Shown piece after piece: positions 1 through 9,453 of a stretch of 64,000 nucleotides of DNA; the stretch's first letter is position 1; each line of letters opens with the position of its first letter. The position numbers were made by a program, and so were the translations under genes. Origin of the DNA: Candidatus Binatia bacterium (GTDB taxonomy: Bacteria > Desulfobacterota > Binatia > UBA9968 > JAJDTQ01); assembly GCA_963666515.2 (NCBI GenBank), contig OY762897.2, positions 3,456,001 through 3,520,000 on the forward strand, read 5' to 3'. The notes under the pieces were generated by a model, which was not told the DNA's origin, ran no database searches, and saw only the letters and a list, made by a program, of their open reading frames with translations.

Positions 1-16
1 CGCCCGGTTGGCTGCG

Positions 17-988
17 TCAGACATCAATGAACAACTCGCGCAGGTCGGGTCGGCGCGAAATCAACCCCTGCGCCATGGAGTAGTCCAGGAATTTCTCCAA
101 CCCTTTTCGGTTGGCCTCGATGCCGTGGGGCCAGGGGTCGGGGCCGAGGACACCGGCGGCGCCGTCCACGTACTCGGAGAACCAGGGCAGCACCCCGGCC
201 GAGCTTACCCTCTCCAGCCGCTTGAAGAAGGCTTCCTTCTCCTTCCTGAGCACCCGCTCCACCTTGCGCGCGATGCCGAGGCCGTTCTCCAGGTGCTTCT
301 CCCTGATGGCCATCAGGTGCATGAGCGGAATGACGCCGTGCTTGCGGAAGTACTCCTTCTCCCGCTCCACGGGGTTGGGGAAGAGGCAGCGCACGGCGCC
401 GTCGGGCACCGGCGGCTTGGTCAGGTGGGCGTAGATCACCGCGTCGAACTTCTTCTCCAGCAGCCAGTCGAAGAGTCGCGCTTCCCCGCCGGCGTTCTCC
501 ACCTTGCCGGCGAGTTCCCGTGGCAGCCTGACGCGTTCCACCCGTCCGGCGACCCAGCGGATGTCCTCGGGCCGGACTCCGTAGTCGTCCTGCAGGATGC
601 CGCGAATCCACACCGCCGCGGTCATGTGGTAGTCCGGCACTCCCACACGCTTGCCCTTGAGCTGCTCGCCGCTCACCAGCCGGCTGCCCTTCCGCACGAA
701 CAGCGCCGAGTGGCGGAAACGCCGGGACGTGAAGATCGGGAACGCCTTGTAGGCGCGCCAACCCTGCTCCCGCATGATCGTGTAGCTCGAAAGCGACAAC
801 TCGGTGACGTCGTAGCGCGGCGACTTCAGCACCCGCCGGAACAGCTTGTTGGGCGGGTCCACGTAGTGCCAGCGAATGTCCAGCCCGTACGCCTGGTGGC
901 GTCCGCTCGTGAGCGCGCCGAAGAACGGGTAGTCGTTGCTGGCGAGGGTGAGGGGGATGTTCGAGCGTTTCGTCATGGTTTGGGTCAT
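17..988 (-). CDS. 4,5-dihydroxyphthalate decarboxylase-like protein (periplasmic-binding-protein fold, no signal peptide)
   Basis: Motifs YDVTELSLSSY, FPIFTSRRFRHS, GKRVGVPDYHMTAAVWIRGIL, DPWPHGIEAN. Start taken at ATG 988, which overlaps the upstream TGA (ATGA); alternative ATG at 976. Confidence 0.75.
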   Translation of the reverse strand: MTQTMTKRSNIPLTLASNDYPFFGALTSGRHQAYGLDIRWHYVDPPNKLFRRVLKSPRYDVTELSLSSYTIMREQGWRAYKAFPIFTSRRFRHSALFVRKGSRLVSGEQLKGKRVGVPDYHMTAAVWIRGILQDDYGVRPEDIRWVAGRVERVRLPRELAGKVENAGGEARLFDWLLEKKFDAVIYAHLTKPPVPDGAVRCLFPNPVEREKEYFRKHGVIPLMHLMAIREKHLENGLGIARKVERVLRKEKEAFFKRLERVSSAGVLPWFSEYVDGAAGVLGPDPWPHGIEANRKGLEKFLDYSMAQGLISRRPDLRELFIDV

Positions 989-1899
989 ACGATTCTCACG
1001 GTGTGGTGAAACACCTCGTTGACAAAGTTGTCCCACGTCTCGCCGTCGTGCGCCAGGTCGTCGAGGAGAAACACGTTGACGACGCCCATTTGAGCCAAGC
1101 GTGTCTTCATCTCGTTGGTGACGATGCCTGCCACCAGGACGTTGACGCATCCGGGCGGCGTTTCGTTGAAGCTCTTCTGCATGGCTCCGAGGCGTTCAAG
1201 CGCGCCCGCGGGGTCTTTGCCGCCCTTGACTTCGATGGTCGCTATGGTCCGTCCGTGCCGGGTGAACGATATGTCCGGCTCGGAGCCGTAGCGCATGGCC
1301 GTGTCGTCCGGCAGATGAAACAGCGCGGCGTCATCGGGGGAGGCGGCTGCCAGCGAACGATGCTGCAACCAGCCGAGAATCCGGTTCTTGATCAGGTTCT
1401 CGGCATCTTGTCCAATGATGTTTCGGAACGTGCCGTCCAGCCCGATGCCCATTGTGGCGAGAATGTTCCGGTATCCGTTCTCCAGGGTCCAGTTGGTGGA
1501 GCCGTCAATGATCGAAGAGATGACGGCGTTGTACAACCGGGCGACGTTCATGCAGTCCGTGAGGTTCAACGGCGACTTGTGGTCGCCGCTTTCCCAGGCC
1601 GCAACGGACCTCGCAATTTCCTGAACCCGTTTCTGCGACAGCAGGGAAATCCCCCGGTAGTACTGGGAGGTTTGAGGGTGGTCACGCAACGTCAACGGAT
1701 GAGCAAAGACAAGGTGCGGCGGCAACCTGCAGGACTCGACGTGCGCCCATGCCCGCTCGCTGATCATGAGGCCGTCCAGGGGATGGTAGTCCATCTCCGG
1801 GAGCTGGGCTATCGTTGCGCGAAGTTTCTCGTCCGTGCGTTGTCGCAATCTCTCCGCGATGGTCGTGGACCGCAAGACGGCGTCGTCGAACTTCGTCAT
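985..1899 (-). CDS. XcyI-family type II restriction endonuclease (PD-(D/E)XK)
   Basis: Nuclease core EPDISF...IEVKGGKDPAGALERLG; ATGA-coupled to the upstream methyltransferase. Confidence 0.75.
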   Translation of the reverse strand: MTKFDDAVLRSTTIAERLRQRTDEKLRATIAQLPEMDYHPLDGLMISERAWAHVESCRLPPHLVFAHPLTLRDHPQTSQYYRGISLLSQKRVQEIARSVAAWESGDHKSPLNLTDCMNVARLYNAVISSIIDGSTNWTLENGYRNILATMGIGLDGTFRNIIGQDAENLIKNRILGWLQHRSLAAASPDDAALFHLPDDTAMRYGSEPDISFTRHGRTIATIEVKGGKDPAGALERLGAMQKSFNETPPGCVNVLVAGIVTNEMKTRLAQMGVVNVFLLDDLAHDGETWDNFVNEVFHHTVRIV

Positions 1900-3326
1900 C
1901 CGCGGACCCACTTGTAGACGCACTTTCTGATTTCCCGTCTCCCGAAGCGCCCCATCTGTTGGCTGGAGTTGCCCTTTCCCGTAGGCAGCACCCAGATGTC
2001 CGTGCAGGTGAAGCCCGACTGCTCGGCAAAGTCGGAAAGAATGAAATCCACGGGAACTTCCTCGCCGTGATACTGGACGTTGTCGTTGACCATGATGACC
2101 GTACCGCCGGGACGCACGATACGACCCAACTCGGCGACGACCACGGCCATTTCAAGGAAGTATCCCTCTATCAGGCGGATGACGTGGCGGTTGCTCAGCT
2201 CATCCACGCACGCTCTCAAGTTGGCAAGAACCTCATGGAGCGCCGCCTGGTTCTCGTACATGCCCAAGGCGAAATTCAAGCAGTCGGCATCATCCCCGTA
2301 GGCGTGTTCGAGCCACTCGGCCTTGGTTCGGTTCTCTACAGTGGCGGACAACATCCGTTGCCGGAGGTCGGCGAAGCCCGCCCGGTCGAAGCCCAACCAT
2401 GCCAGCTCCAGCGCGTACGTCCTCGTGTAGTCGTACCGGTTGGCGTAGGGCGGAGAGGTAATGACCATGTCGAACCGCGAACCGGGCGTTTCGCGCAACA
2501 TCTCAAGGCAGGACCCTGCCAACAAGTCAGGCTTGCCGCCTCCGTACGCACGGTTGAGCAGCGGCATGTCGTCGGTCATTTGGGACAGGCGCCGCAAGAC
2601 GGCGCCGGCGAACGGCGCGATGGCCCCCTTGTCGACCCTGGAACGCAGTGAGCGGCCAGATCGGTAGTCCCACCGGAGATACTGGCCGTCCTTGCGCGTA
2701 TAGCTGACCTCTTCTAGGACGCTCATGCAGGCCAGGTTCAACAGTGACCGGATGGAGCCGTCTTCGCATTCGGAAACAAACTGGCGCGCCTTGGAGATCG
2801 CAGCCTCCGTTTCGTCAGGGAACGCTTTCTCCGTAATCGCAACATGGGGAAAGCCGTATCCTTCGGGAGCCTTCTGCGGAGACGAGAGGCGCCGGACCAA
2901 GGCCTCGGAGGCCTTCTCAAACGCGGCGCGCGATATGCCGTTCGCCGCATGGGCGATGCCCTGACCCACCAGCACTCCCACCGGCATGATTTCGATCCCC
3001 AGGGCCGAATCCGTCTGGCGGGCCGCTACCAGGGGAACCGTGCCGATACCGGCGAAGGGGTCCAGGACCGCGCTGGCCTGGTGTTCCGAAAGGAGGTTCT
3101 TGACCAGCGAACTCGAAAATCCCTCCTTGTACTTCATCCAGCGAAAGCCGGGAGCGTTGCGGTTGCCCTGGTAGGAGACCGTTCTCCGCGTGAAGATCGA
3201 CCGAGTGGAGATGCGGCGCGAGAAGCGCTCGTGAAGCCGCCGGCGCTGTTGATCCATGCCGCGTGCAGATATGGCGACTTGCTCCGCCTCCAAATCACGG
3301 AACAGGGGCAGCGACTCAGACGACAT
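1896..3326 (-). CDS. Site-specific DNA methyltransferase, probably N4-cytosine (alpha motif order)
   Basis: WMKYKEGFS, motif I LDPFAGIGT, then motif IV ITSPPY. Start at 3326 (ATG) or 3335. Confidence 0.85.
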   Translation of the reverse strand: MSSESLPLFRDLEAEQVAISARGMDQQRRRLHERFSRRISTRSIFTRRTVSYQGNRNAPGFRWMKYKEGFSSSLVKNLLSEHQASAVLDPFAGIGTVPLVAARQTDSALGIEIMPVGVLVGQGIAHAANGISRAAFEKASEALVRRLSSPQKAPEGYGFPHVAITEKAFPDETEAAISKARQFVSECEDGSIRSLLNLACMSVLEEVSYTRKDGQYLRWDYRSGRSLRSRVDKGAIAPFAGAVLRRLSQMTDDMPLLNRAYGGGKPDLLAGSCLEMLRETPGSRFDMVITSPPYANRYDYTRTYALELAWLGFDRAGFADLRQRMLSATVENRTKAEWLEHAYGDDADCLNFALGMYENQAALHEVLANLRACVDELSNRHVIRLIEGYFLEMAVVVAELGRIVRPGGTVIMVNDNVQYHGEEVPVDFILSDFAEQSGFTCTDIWVLPTGKGNSSQQMGRFGRREIRKCVYKWVRG

Positions 3327-3397
3327 CGCTTCCACCTTGCATCATGGTGCATCCATCCTGGATTTCCGAAACATCGCGTGACCCTTGAACCATGGAC

Positions 3398-3425
3398 AGT
3401 CTTGCACAGGTGGCGAAACCGTCAA
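3398..3425 (-). promoter_or_regulatory. Putative sigma70 promoter for the R-M operon
   Basis: Minus strand TTGACG-16 nt-AAGACT with an upstream TG, about 70 nt before the MTase start. Confidence 0.3.
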
Positions 3426-3441
3426 CCCCTCGATTTCATCA

Positions 3442-4344
3442 TCACCGCGCGGCGGCCGTTTCGGCCGAAGGCGTGAACCGGCTGCACCGTACCGCCTCAC
3501 CGATGTCGAACCGCATCAGGTCTTCGCCCACGAGCAGCGGGCCGTCGTAGGCGGCGCGGGTGGCGGGGATCAGGTCGGCGGCGGTGGCGTCGCCGAACAG
3601 CAGGAGGTGGGTGTAGACCGCAAGTCTCGGCTTGGTGCGCGCGAACACGACGCCGGCGTCCTCCGGGATGGTGTGGTTCCGGCGAATCCGCTCCAGGTTG
3701 GCCCGCTCCACGCCCCGGCCCATGCCGTGGGTGACCTCGTGCACCAACAGGTCCACGTTCTGCGAGTGGGCGATGAGATTCTCGTTGAACGTCGTGTCGC
3801 CGGACAGGACCGCGGAGCGTCCTTGATAGTCGATGCGGTAGCCGAGGGCGTCGAGCTGCTCGCCGCCGTGGTCGACCTCGAAGGCCGTGACCCGGACGTC
3901 GCCGGACTCGAAGACGAACCCTTCCGCGATTTCGGTGGATTCCAGTCGCACCCCCTCGGCGTTGTAGCTGTGGCTGCGGACGCGGATGTCGGTGGCGAAG
4001 GCGAGCGGCAGATGGTCGGCCATCTGGTCCGTCCCCTCCGGTCCCCAGACCCTGAGCGGCACGGTGCGCATGCCCCACGGCCGGCCGATCCAGCCGGTGA
4101 GCCAGAGATCGGCGAAACCCACGACGTGGTCCGAGTGGTGATGGGTCAGAAAAATGCCGGTGATGTCGCCGAAGGGAATCCCGAGCTGGTGCAGCCGTTG
4201 CAACGCGCCGCGTCCCGCGTCGAAGAGGAGCTTCTCATCGCCCACCTCCACCAGCGCGCTCGGCCCGAAGCGGTCGAGCACCGGCGGCGGCGCGCCGGTG
4301 CCGAGAAGTGTCACGCGAAATAGGTCGGTGGAGTTGTTTGCCAT
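3442..4344 (-). CDS. MBL-fold metallo-hydrolase (RNase Z/AtsA-like)
   Basis: TLLGTG, FDAGRG, THHHSDH, VDHG, SGDT, HE and HT motifs; GAGG upstream of ATG 4344. Confidence 0.85.
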   Translation of the reverse strand: MANNSTDLFRVTLLGTGAPPPVLDRFGPSALVEVGDEKLLFDAGRGALQRLHQLGIPFGDITGIFLTHHHSDHVVGFADLWLTGWIGRPWGMRTVPLRVWGPEGTDQMADHLPLAFATDIRVRSHSYNAEGVRLESTEIAEGFVFESGDVRVTAFEVDHGGEQLDALGYRIDYQGRSAVLSGDTTFNENLIAHSQNVDLLVHEVTHGMGRGVERANLERIRRNHTIPEDAGVVFARTKPRLAVYTHLLLFGDATAADLIPATRAAYDGPLLVGEDLMRFDIGEAVRCSRFTPSAETAAAR

Positions 4345-4358
4345 CACTCGTCCTCGGG

Positions 4359-4418
4359 CTACAATCGCGGGGCGCCCAATCTTATCCACAGGATGACGTG
4401 ATCATCGAGAAGAATCAC
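4359..4418 (-). pseudogene. Truncated VapC/PIN toxin remnant (MILLDDHVILWIRLGAPRL*)
   Basis: Hand-translated. GTG start overlaps the upstream TGA (GTGA). Resembles the PIN N-terminus MILLDTHxxLW and stops after 19 aa. Confidence 0.55.
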
Positions 4419-4954
4419 GGGTCACCGCTCCAAGTTCGACCTCCGTCGACCTCCCACTCCGCATCCATCGGCTCGATGATGTCTCCGAGTATCTCGATTC
4501 TCCCCCTGTCAATGCCGAACAGACTCTTCGGTTTCTCCCAGTCGGCAATGCCGCCGGGGACCACGCGAAACAGCGGATGCGGTGAGGGGGAGGTCACGGC
4601 AAGCAACTCTTCGTGTAAATCCGGCGCGCGTTTGGCCAGCTTGTCCATCAGATGGCGCCACTCGAAGTCAATCTGTCCCTGGGGCACGGCGATGCTCCGG
4701 TTGGTGCGGCGCCGCGCGATCTTGCCGGCGTCGAAGCGGTAGCCCCGCGCCACCGATTCCACGTGAACGGTCCGCAGGTACTGGGCGATGAAGGAGAGCG
4801 GTGAGGTCTGCGCGCGGAACCGGACCAACTGAGGATACCCGCGGTATCCTGTGGTCTTGCCCGCGATCACCGCCTGGGCGAGCAGGGCTTCCCGCCACAG
4901 CGCGACGAGTCCGCGTGAATCCAGGTACTTCGGATGGAGGCTCCACAGCCGCAT
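4415..4954 (-). CDS. Pyrimidine-dimer DNA glycosylase / T4 endonuclease V family protein with an extra antitoxin-like C-terminal tail
   Basis: Family N-terminus MRLWSLHPKYLDSRGLVALWREALLAQAV and the usual family end PHPLFRVVPGGIADWE, followed by about 40 extra residues. Confidence 0.85.
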   Translation of the reverse strand: MRLWSLHPKYLDSRGLVALWREALLAQAVIAGKTTGYRGYPQLVRFRAQTSPLSFIAQYLRTVHVESVARGYRFDAGKIARRRTNRSIAVPQGQIDFEWRHLMDKLAKRAPDLHEELLAVTSPSPHPLFRVVPGGIADWEKPKSLFGIDRGRIEILGDIIEPMDAEWEVDGGRTWSGDP

Positions 4955-5005
4955 GTCCTCATCATCACACCTGCGGGAGATTCGGGCAAGGCGCCGGCCG
5001 CCGTG

Positions 5006-5050
5006 CCGACCGGCGTATGGCAGACGCCGCTGCTTTCGTGATAGCCTGAT
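5006..5050 (+). repeat. 45-bp direct repeat, left copy (promoter-like)
   Basis: ccgaccggcgtatggcagacgccgctgctttcgtgatagcctgat; 44/45 identical to 8416-8460. Confidence 0.95.
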
Positions 5051-5186
5051 CAATGCAGGCTTGGAGTTCCGCCACCACAATCGCCGGCTCGCCCGACCTG
5101 ACCAACTCAAACTTGAAGCCTTCGACGATTCGGTAAATGGGGGTGGTGCGGCTGCGAGCGCGGGGACCGGACAACGATGGTGATCC

Positions 5187-7379
5187 ATGAGCATTGAGCG
5201 GCATTTCGATGTTCCTCTGATCGCGGAGATGGCGCTCAGGGAGAAGCAGATCCAGCAGAACTATCGCCCTATCATCGGAGTGCACAAGTGGTTCGCCCGC
5301 CGTCCGGGAACCTTGTTTCGCGGCCTGATCCTCTCGGAGTTCGCCGAGGATCGTCTGGAGGACACCTTCTTCCGGTCGAATGACCTGTCGGACTTCCGCA
5401 TCGCAGACCCGTTTATGGGCGGCGGGACGCCTCTGATCGAGGCGAATCGACTCGGCTGCGCAGTACAGGGTTTCGATATCAACCCGATGTCGGCATGGAT
5501 CGTCCGCGAAGAAATCGAGCATCTGGACGTCGGGGCCTATGTGCAAGCCGCGCGCGTTCTCATCGACGCGCTGCGTGCCGAAGTCGGCCAACACTACCGC
5601 ACATCGTGCCCCCTCTACGGCGAGGCTGACGTACCCGTGAAATCCTTCCTTTGGGTCAAGGTGCTGGATTGCGAAGCCTGTGGAAAGCGTTTGGACCTTT
5701 TTCCAGGCTACCTTCTCGCCGAGAACCGGCGCCATCCGAAAAACGTGCTGGTGTGTCCGGCCTGTGGCGATCTCAACGAGGTCGATGACCGCACGAGGCC
5801 CGGAGATTGCACGACATGTAAAACCGCCCTGATCCAAACCGGGCCTGCCCGCCGGGGGCGTTGCGCCTGTCCGAGTTGCGGGCACTCCAACGTCTATCCG
5901 GGACAAGCGCGGCACCCCCTCGATCACCGTCTTTTCGCCATCGAGTACTACAACCCCAAGCGTAAGGCGGGTCACAAGGGCCGTTTCTTCAAGAAACCTG
6001 ACGCCGAGGACTTGGCGCGCATGGCGGAAGCCGGGGAGCGGTGGAGACAGACGGCGCCCCGCTTTGTGCCGGACCAGGAGATTCTGCCTGGAGACGAGAC
6101 CGACAGGCTGCATCGTTGGGGGTATGCCCGCTACAAGGACATGTTCAATCCACGTCAGCTCCTCGGGCTGGAGCTGAGCTGCCGGCTGATCTCCGAAACC
6201 GGGAATCGCCGCATTCGCCATGCCTTGGCGACCAACCTTTCCGACCTGCTGCGATACCAGAACATGCTGTGCCGGTACGATGCCATGGCCCTGAAATCAC
6301 TGGATATTTTCTCGGTGCACGGGTTTCCGGTGGGTCTGGTGCAGTGCGAGTCCAATCTCCTGGGCATCGCCAACGGAGGCGGCTCGAATGTCGGGTCCGG
6401 CGGCTGGTCCAACATCGTGGACAAGTACGTGAAGGCGAAGCGGTTTTGTGACGCTCCCTTCGAGGTTCGACGCCGCGGCTCACGCAAGGTTACGGTCGCT
6501 ATCGATGGCGAGTGGATCGGCGAAACGCTTAACGGCAGCCGCAGGGACGTTGCCATTCGTTGCGCGGACGCTGCGGATGTCGAGTTGGCGCCGCGCAGCC
6601 TCGACGCCGTGTTCACCGATCCGCCCTATTTCGGCAACGTCCAGTACGGCGAACTGATGGATTTCTGCTATGTCTGGCTGCGTCGCCTGGTCGGCAACAA
6701 GGCCGAGGGATTCGACCGTCCGTCCACTCGTTCGCCGGACGAGTTGACAGGAAACGTTACCGAGGAGCGCGGCCTGGAGCATTTCACGGACGGGTTGTCC
6801 GCGGTCTATTCGCGCATGGCCGCCGGCCTCAAGTCGGGTGCGCCCCTGGTTTTCACCTACCATCACAACAAGCTGGAAGCCTACTACGCAGTCGGCGTGG
6901 CAATCCTCGACGCCGGCCTTGTCTGTTCCGCATCGCTGCCTTGCCCGGCGGAAATGGGCGGCTCGATCCACATCCACGGTAAAGCATCGTCCATCATCGA
7001 CACGGTCTTCGTATGTCGGATGTCGGGTGCGACTCCGCGGCGCTGGCTGTTCGAGACACCCGAGCAACTCGCTGACGTCGTAAAGGACGATTTGGAGCGG
7101 TTGGAAAGCGCCGGCAGAACACCCACCCATGGCGACCGGCGATGCATCGTCTTTGGCCACCTTACCCGAATGGCGGTCTGGAAGCTCCGCAAGCGATGGG
7201 ACCGTCGACTTCCCGCCAAGCAGAAGCTGGCGGCGTTCGCTGACGCAGTCTCCGCTTATGGCACGGCGGAGCAGCTTGTAGAGCGGGTAGCGACCGGCCG
7301 ACCGAAGACGCCGCTACAGGGCTCCTTGTACGTGGCAGACGCATCCGCAGAGGAGGAATTCAGTGCCGTTCCCTTTTGA
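5187..7379 (+). CDS. Adenine-specific DNA methyltransferase with Zn ribbons (DUF1156/COG1743-like)
   Basis: HKWFARRP, DPFMGGG (motif I), four CxxC pairs, TDPPY (motif IV). Confidence 0.85.
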   Translation: MSIERHFDVPLIAEMALREKQIQQNYRPIIGVHKWFARRPGTLFRGLILSEFAEDRLEDTFFRSNDLSDFRIADPFMGGGTPLIEANRLGCAVQGFDINPMSAWIVREEIEHLDVGAYVQAARVLIDALRAEVGQHYRTSCPLYGEADVPVKSFLWVKVLDCEACGKRLDLFPGYLLAENRRHPKNVLVCPACGDLNEVDDRTRPGDCTTCKTALIQTGPARRGRCACPSCGHSNVYPGQARHPLDHRLFAIEYYNPKRKAGHKGRFFKKPDAEDLARMAEAGERWRQTAPRFVPDQEILPGDETDRLHRWGYARYKDMFNPRQLLGLELSCRLISETGNRRIRHALATNLSDLLRYQNMLCRYDAMALKSLDIFSVHGFPVGLVQCESNLLGIANGGGSNVGSGGWSNIVDKYVKAKRFCDAPFEVRRRGSRKVTVAIDGEWIGETLNGSRRDVAIRCADAADVELAPRSLDAVFTDPPYFGNVQYGELMDFCYVWLRRLVGNKAEGFDRPSTRSPDELTGNVTEERGLEHFTDGLSAVYSRMAAGLKSGAPLVFTYHHNKLEAYYAVGVAILDAGLVCSASLPCPAEMGGSIHIHGKASSIIDTVFVCRMSGATPRRWLFETPEQLADVVKDDLERLESAGRTPTHGDRRCIVFGHLTRMAVWKLRKRWDRRLPAKQKLAAFADAVSAYGTAEQLVERVATGRPKTPLQGSLYVADASAEEEFSAVPF

Positions 7380-8394
7380 AGTCGACTTCGATGAGGTGCA
7401 ATCCAACCTCGACGGGTACGTCGATGCCGTTTTCGGGTGCTTGGAATCCGAGTTTCTGGTCATGCCCAAGGGAGAGGGTTTCGTCGAGTTCGCAACCTTC
7501 GAAGCCGGGTATGAAGCGCTGAAACGCGGCACCGGCGGTTTCCGGGAGGTCACGGCGGAGAAAGTGACGCCAGTCGTTTCCGAAATCCCGATTTCCTTGG
7601 TCGTCCTTCGTTGCATGCTGGGTTTTACGCCTCCGGAGTGGGCCTACTACGCAAGCCGGCACACCGGCCTGACAGTCACCCAGAGTGCGGCACGAACCAT
7701 CGACCGCAAGATTCGCATGCAACCCGATGCGAAGTTGCCGAAAAAAGGAACCGTGACGGAGCGGCGCATTCAAGCGCTGATTGCCGCAGCTTGCCATATC
7801 CTCCAGACGGGCGCTCCCGAAAACTCTCCGGACGAACTGCACAGGTTCGACAAGGCCGATACGAGGGCCGGGCTCACCAGCCTCCGATTGTTGGCGGAAC
7901 TGGGCGTTCCCTACTCCATCCTGCTTTACGAGCGTCTGCTCGGCCGGCCGTTTGCGGGACATCGGGACTCCATCAGCGAACTGGTCGGCAACGTCGTCGA
8001 GAACGCCATTGAGGACGTTCTGTCGCGCGCCGGTATAAGCGCTCGCAAGACCGGACGGGCAGAGAGTCTTCCAGGCTTCGACCAAGCCCCCGATTTCGTC
8101 GTCCCAAATGAGTTCAACCCGCAAGTCGTCATTGAGGCCAAGCTCACCGAAGACGACGGTACTGCCCGCGACAAGGTGACACGCGTCCAACATCTCGGCG
8201 CACTCAGCATGGAGGGTCAGCCGCCAGATCAGCCCAAGTTCGAAGTGGTGGCCTGCATCGCGGGACGCGGGTTCGGCGTTCGTCGTGAAGACATGAAGAA
8301 GCTGCTTCTCTCAACCAGGGGCAAGGTCTTCACTTTGCGGAACATGCACCAATTGGTCGACAACACGCGCCTTGCGGAGTTCCGCTCGCGATAG
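7363..8394 (+). CDS. Putative cognate restriction endonuclease (PD-(D/E)XK, possible N-terminal HTH)
   Basis: APDFVVP...VIEAKLTEDDGTARDK nuclease motif; overlaps the MTase 3' end by 17 bp. Confidence 0.7.
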   Translation: MPFPFEVDFDEVQSNLDGYVDAVFGCLESEFLVMPKGEGFVEFATFEAGYEALKRGTGGFREVTAEKVTPVVSEIPISLVVLRCMLGFTPPEWAYYASRHTGLTVTQSAARTIDRKIRMQPDAKLPKKGTVTERRIQALIAAACHILQTGAPENSPDELHRFDKADTRAGLTSLRLLAELGVPYSILLYERLLGRPFAGHRDSISELVGNVVENAIEDVLSRAGISARKTGRAESLPGFDQAPDFVVPNEFNPQVVIEAKLTEDDGTARDKVTRVQHLGALSMEGQPPDQPKFEVVACIAGRGFGVRREDMKKLLLSTRGKVFTLRNMHQLVDNTRLAEFRSR

Positions 8395-8415
8395 CGGCGT
8401 CCTTCAAAGCCCTCT

Positions 8416-8460
8416 CCGACCGGCGTATGGCAGACGCCGCCGCTTTCGTGATAGCCTGAT
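8416..8460 (+). repeat. 45-bp direct repeat, right copy, directly upstream of hpnC
   Basis: Matches 5006-5050 with one mismatch; contains extended -10-like TGaTAGCCT. Confidence 0.95.
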
Positions 8461-8501
8461 TTCAGGGTGCCACGAGCGGCGCCTTTACCCGTGACCACGC
8501 C

Positions 8502-9434
8502 ATGGCCGAGTCAGTTGCCATAGAGACGCCGTCCGGCAAGCAGGCGGCGGACGAGAATTTTCCCGTCGGGTCCTGGCTGCTGCCGGCGCGCCTGCGGCCG
8601 CACGTGGCGACCTTCTATGCCTACGCGCGGGCCATCGACGACATCGCCGACAACCCGGGCCTCGCGCACGACGACAAGATCGCCCGCCTGGACGGTTTCG
8701 CCAAGGCCGTCAGCGGCGACGGCGACGCCGACCCGGCCTTCCGCAAGGCCCACGAGATCCGCCGCAGCCTGGTGGAGACCGGGGTGACGCACCGGCACTG
8801 CGTGGACCTCGTCCGGGCGTTCAAGCAGGACGCCGTGAAGCTGCGCTACGACGACTGGGACGACCTGATGGGCTACTGTGACCTGTCCGCGGCCCCGGTG
8901 GGCCGCTACCTGGTGGACCTCCACGGCGAGTCGTCCGCGGCCTACCCGGCGTCCGACGCCCTTTGCAACGCGCTGCAGGTGCTCAACCATCTCCAGGACT
9001 GCGGCGACGACTACAGGTCGCTGAACCGGGTCTACCTGCCCCGGGACTGGATGGCCGCCGCGGGCGCAAGCGTCGAGGCCCTCGGCGAAACCCGTTCCTC
9101 CACCGCGCTGCGGCAGGTGCTGGACCGGTGCCTCGACCGGACCGGCGCCCTGCTGGAGCTGGCGGACACGTTGCCGGGACAGCTTCGCAACTCCCGTTTC
9201 GCCATGGAAGCGGCGGCCATCGTCGCCATCGCCCGGAAGCTCGGCGGGGAGTTGCGCCGGCGCGACCCCCTGGCGGAACGGGTGGTGCTGGCGAAGCCGC
9301 AGTTTGCCGCCTGCTGCGTGCGCGGCGCCGGCCGGGTGCTGCTCCGAAGGGCCTTGCGCCGGGACCGCCGGGCGGAACCGCCGCCCTCGCGCGCGGACCG
9401 GCGCGCCGCCGGACGTCACCCGACGCCCAAATGA
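8502..9434 (+). CDS. hpnC: Hydroxysqualene synthase HpnC
   Basis: ENFPVGS, DDIAD, SAAPVGR, LQVLNHLQD and RVYLP motifs; first gene of hpnCDE. Confidence 0.92.
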   Translation: MAESVAIETPSGKQAADENFPVGSWLLPARLRPHVATFYAYARAIDDIADNPGLAHDDKIARLDGFAKAVSGDGDADPAFRKAHEIRRSLVETGVTHRHCVDLVRAFKQDAVKLRYDDWDDLMGYCDLSAAPVGRYLVDLHGESSAAYPASDALCNALQVLNHLQDCGDDYRSLNRVYLPRDWMAAAGASVEALGETRSSTALRQVLDRCLDRTGALLELADTLPGQLRNSRFAMEAAAIVAIARKLGGELRRRDPLAERVVLAKPQFAACCVRGAGRVLLRRALRRDRRAEPPPSRADRRAAGRHPTPK

Positions 9435-9453
9435 CGATCCCGATGGGACGACC

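Noticed and set aside
985-1899. Inferring CCCGGG specificity or site avoidance for the XcyI-like enzyme
   Set aside because: CCCGGG occurs repeatedly in the window (e.g. near 8654 and 9923), and family membership alone does not fix specificity.
5006-8460. attL/attR of an integrative element, or CRISPR repeats
   Set aside because: No integrase, tRNA or spacer array; only two copies 3.4 kb apart.
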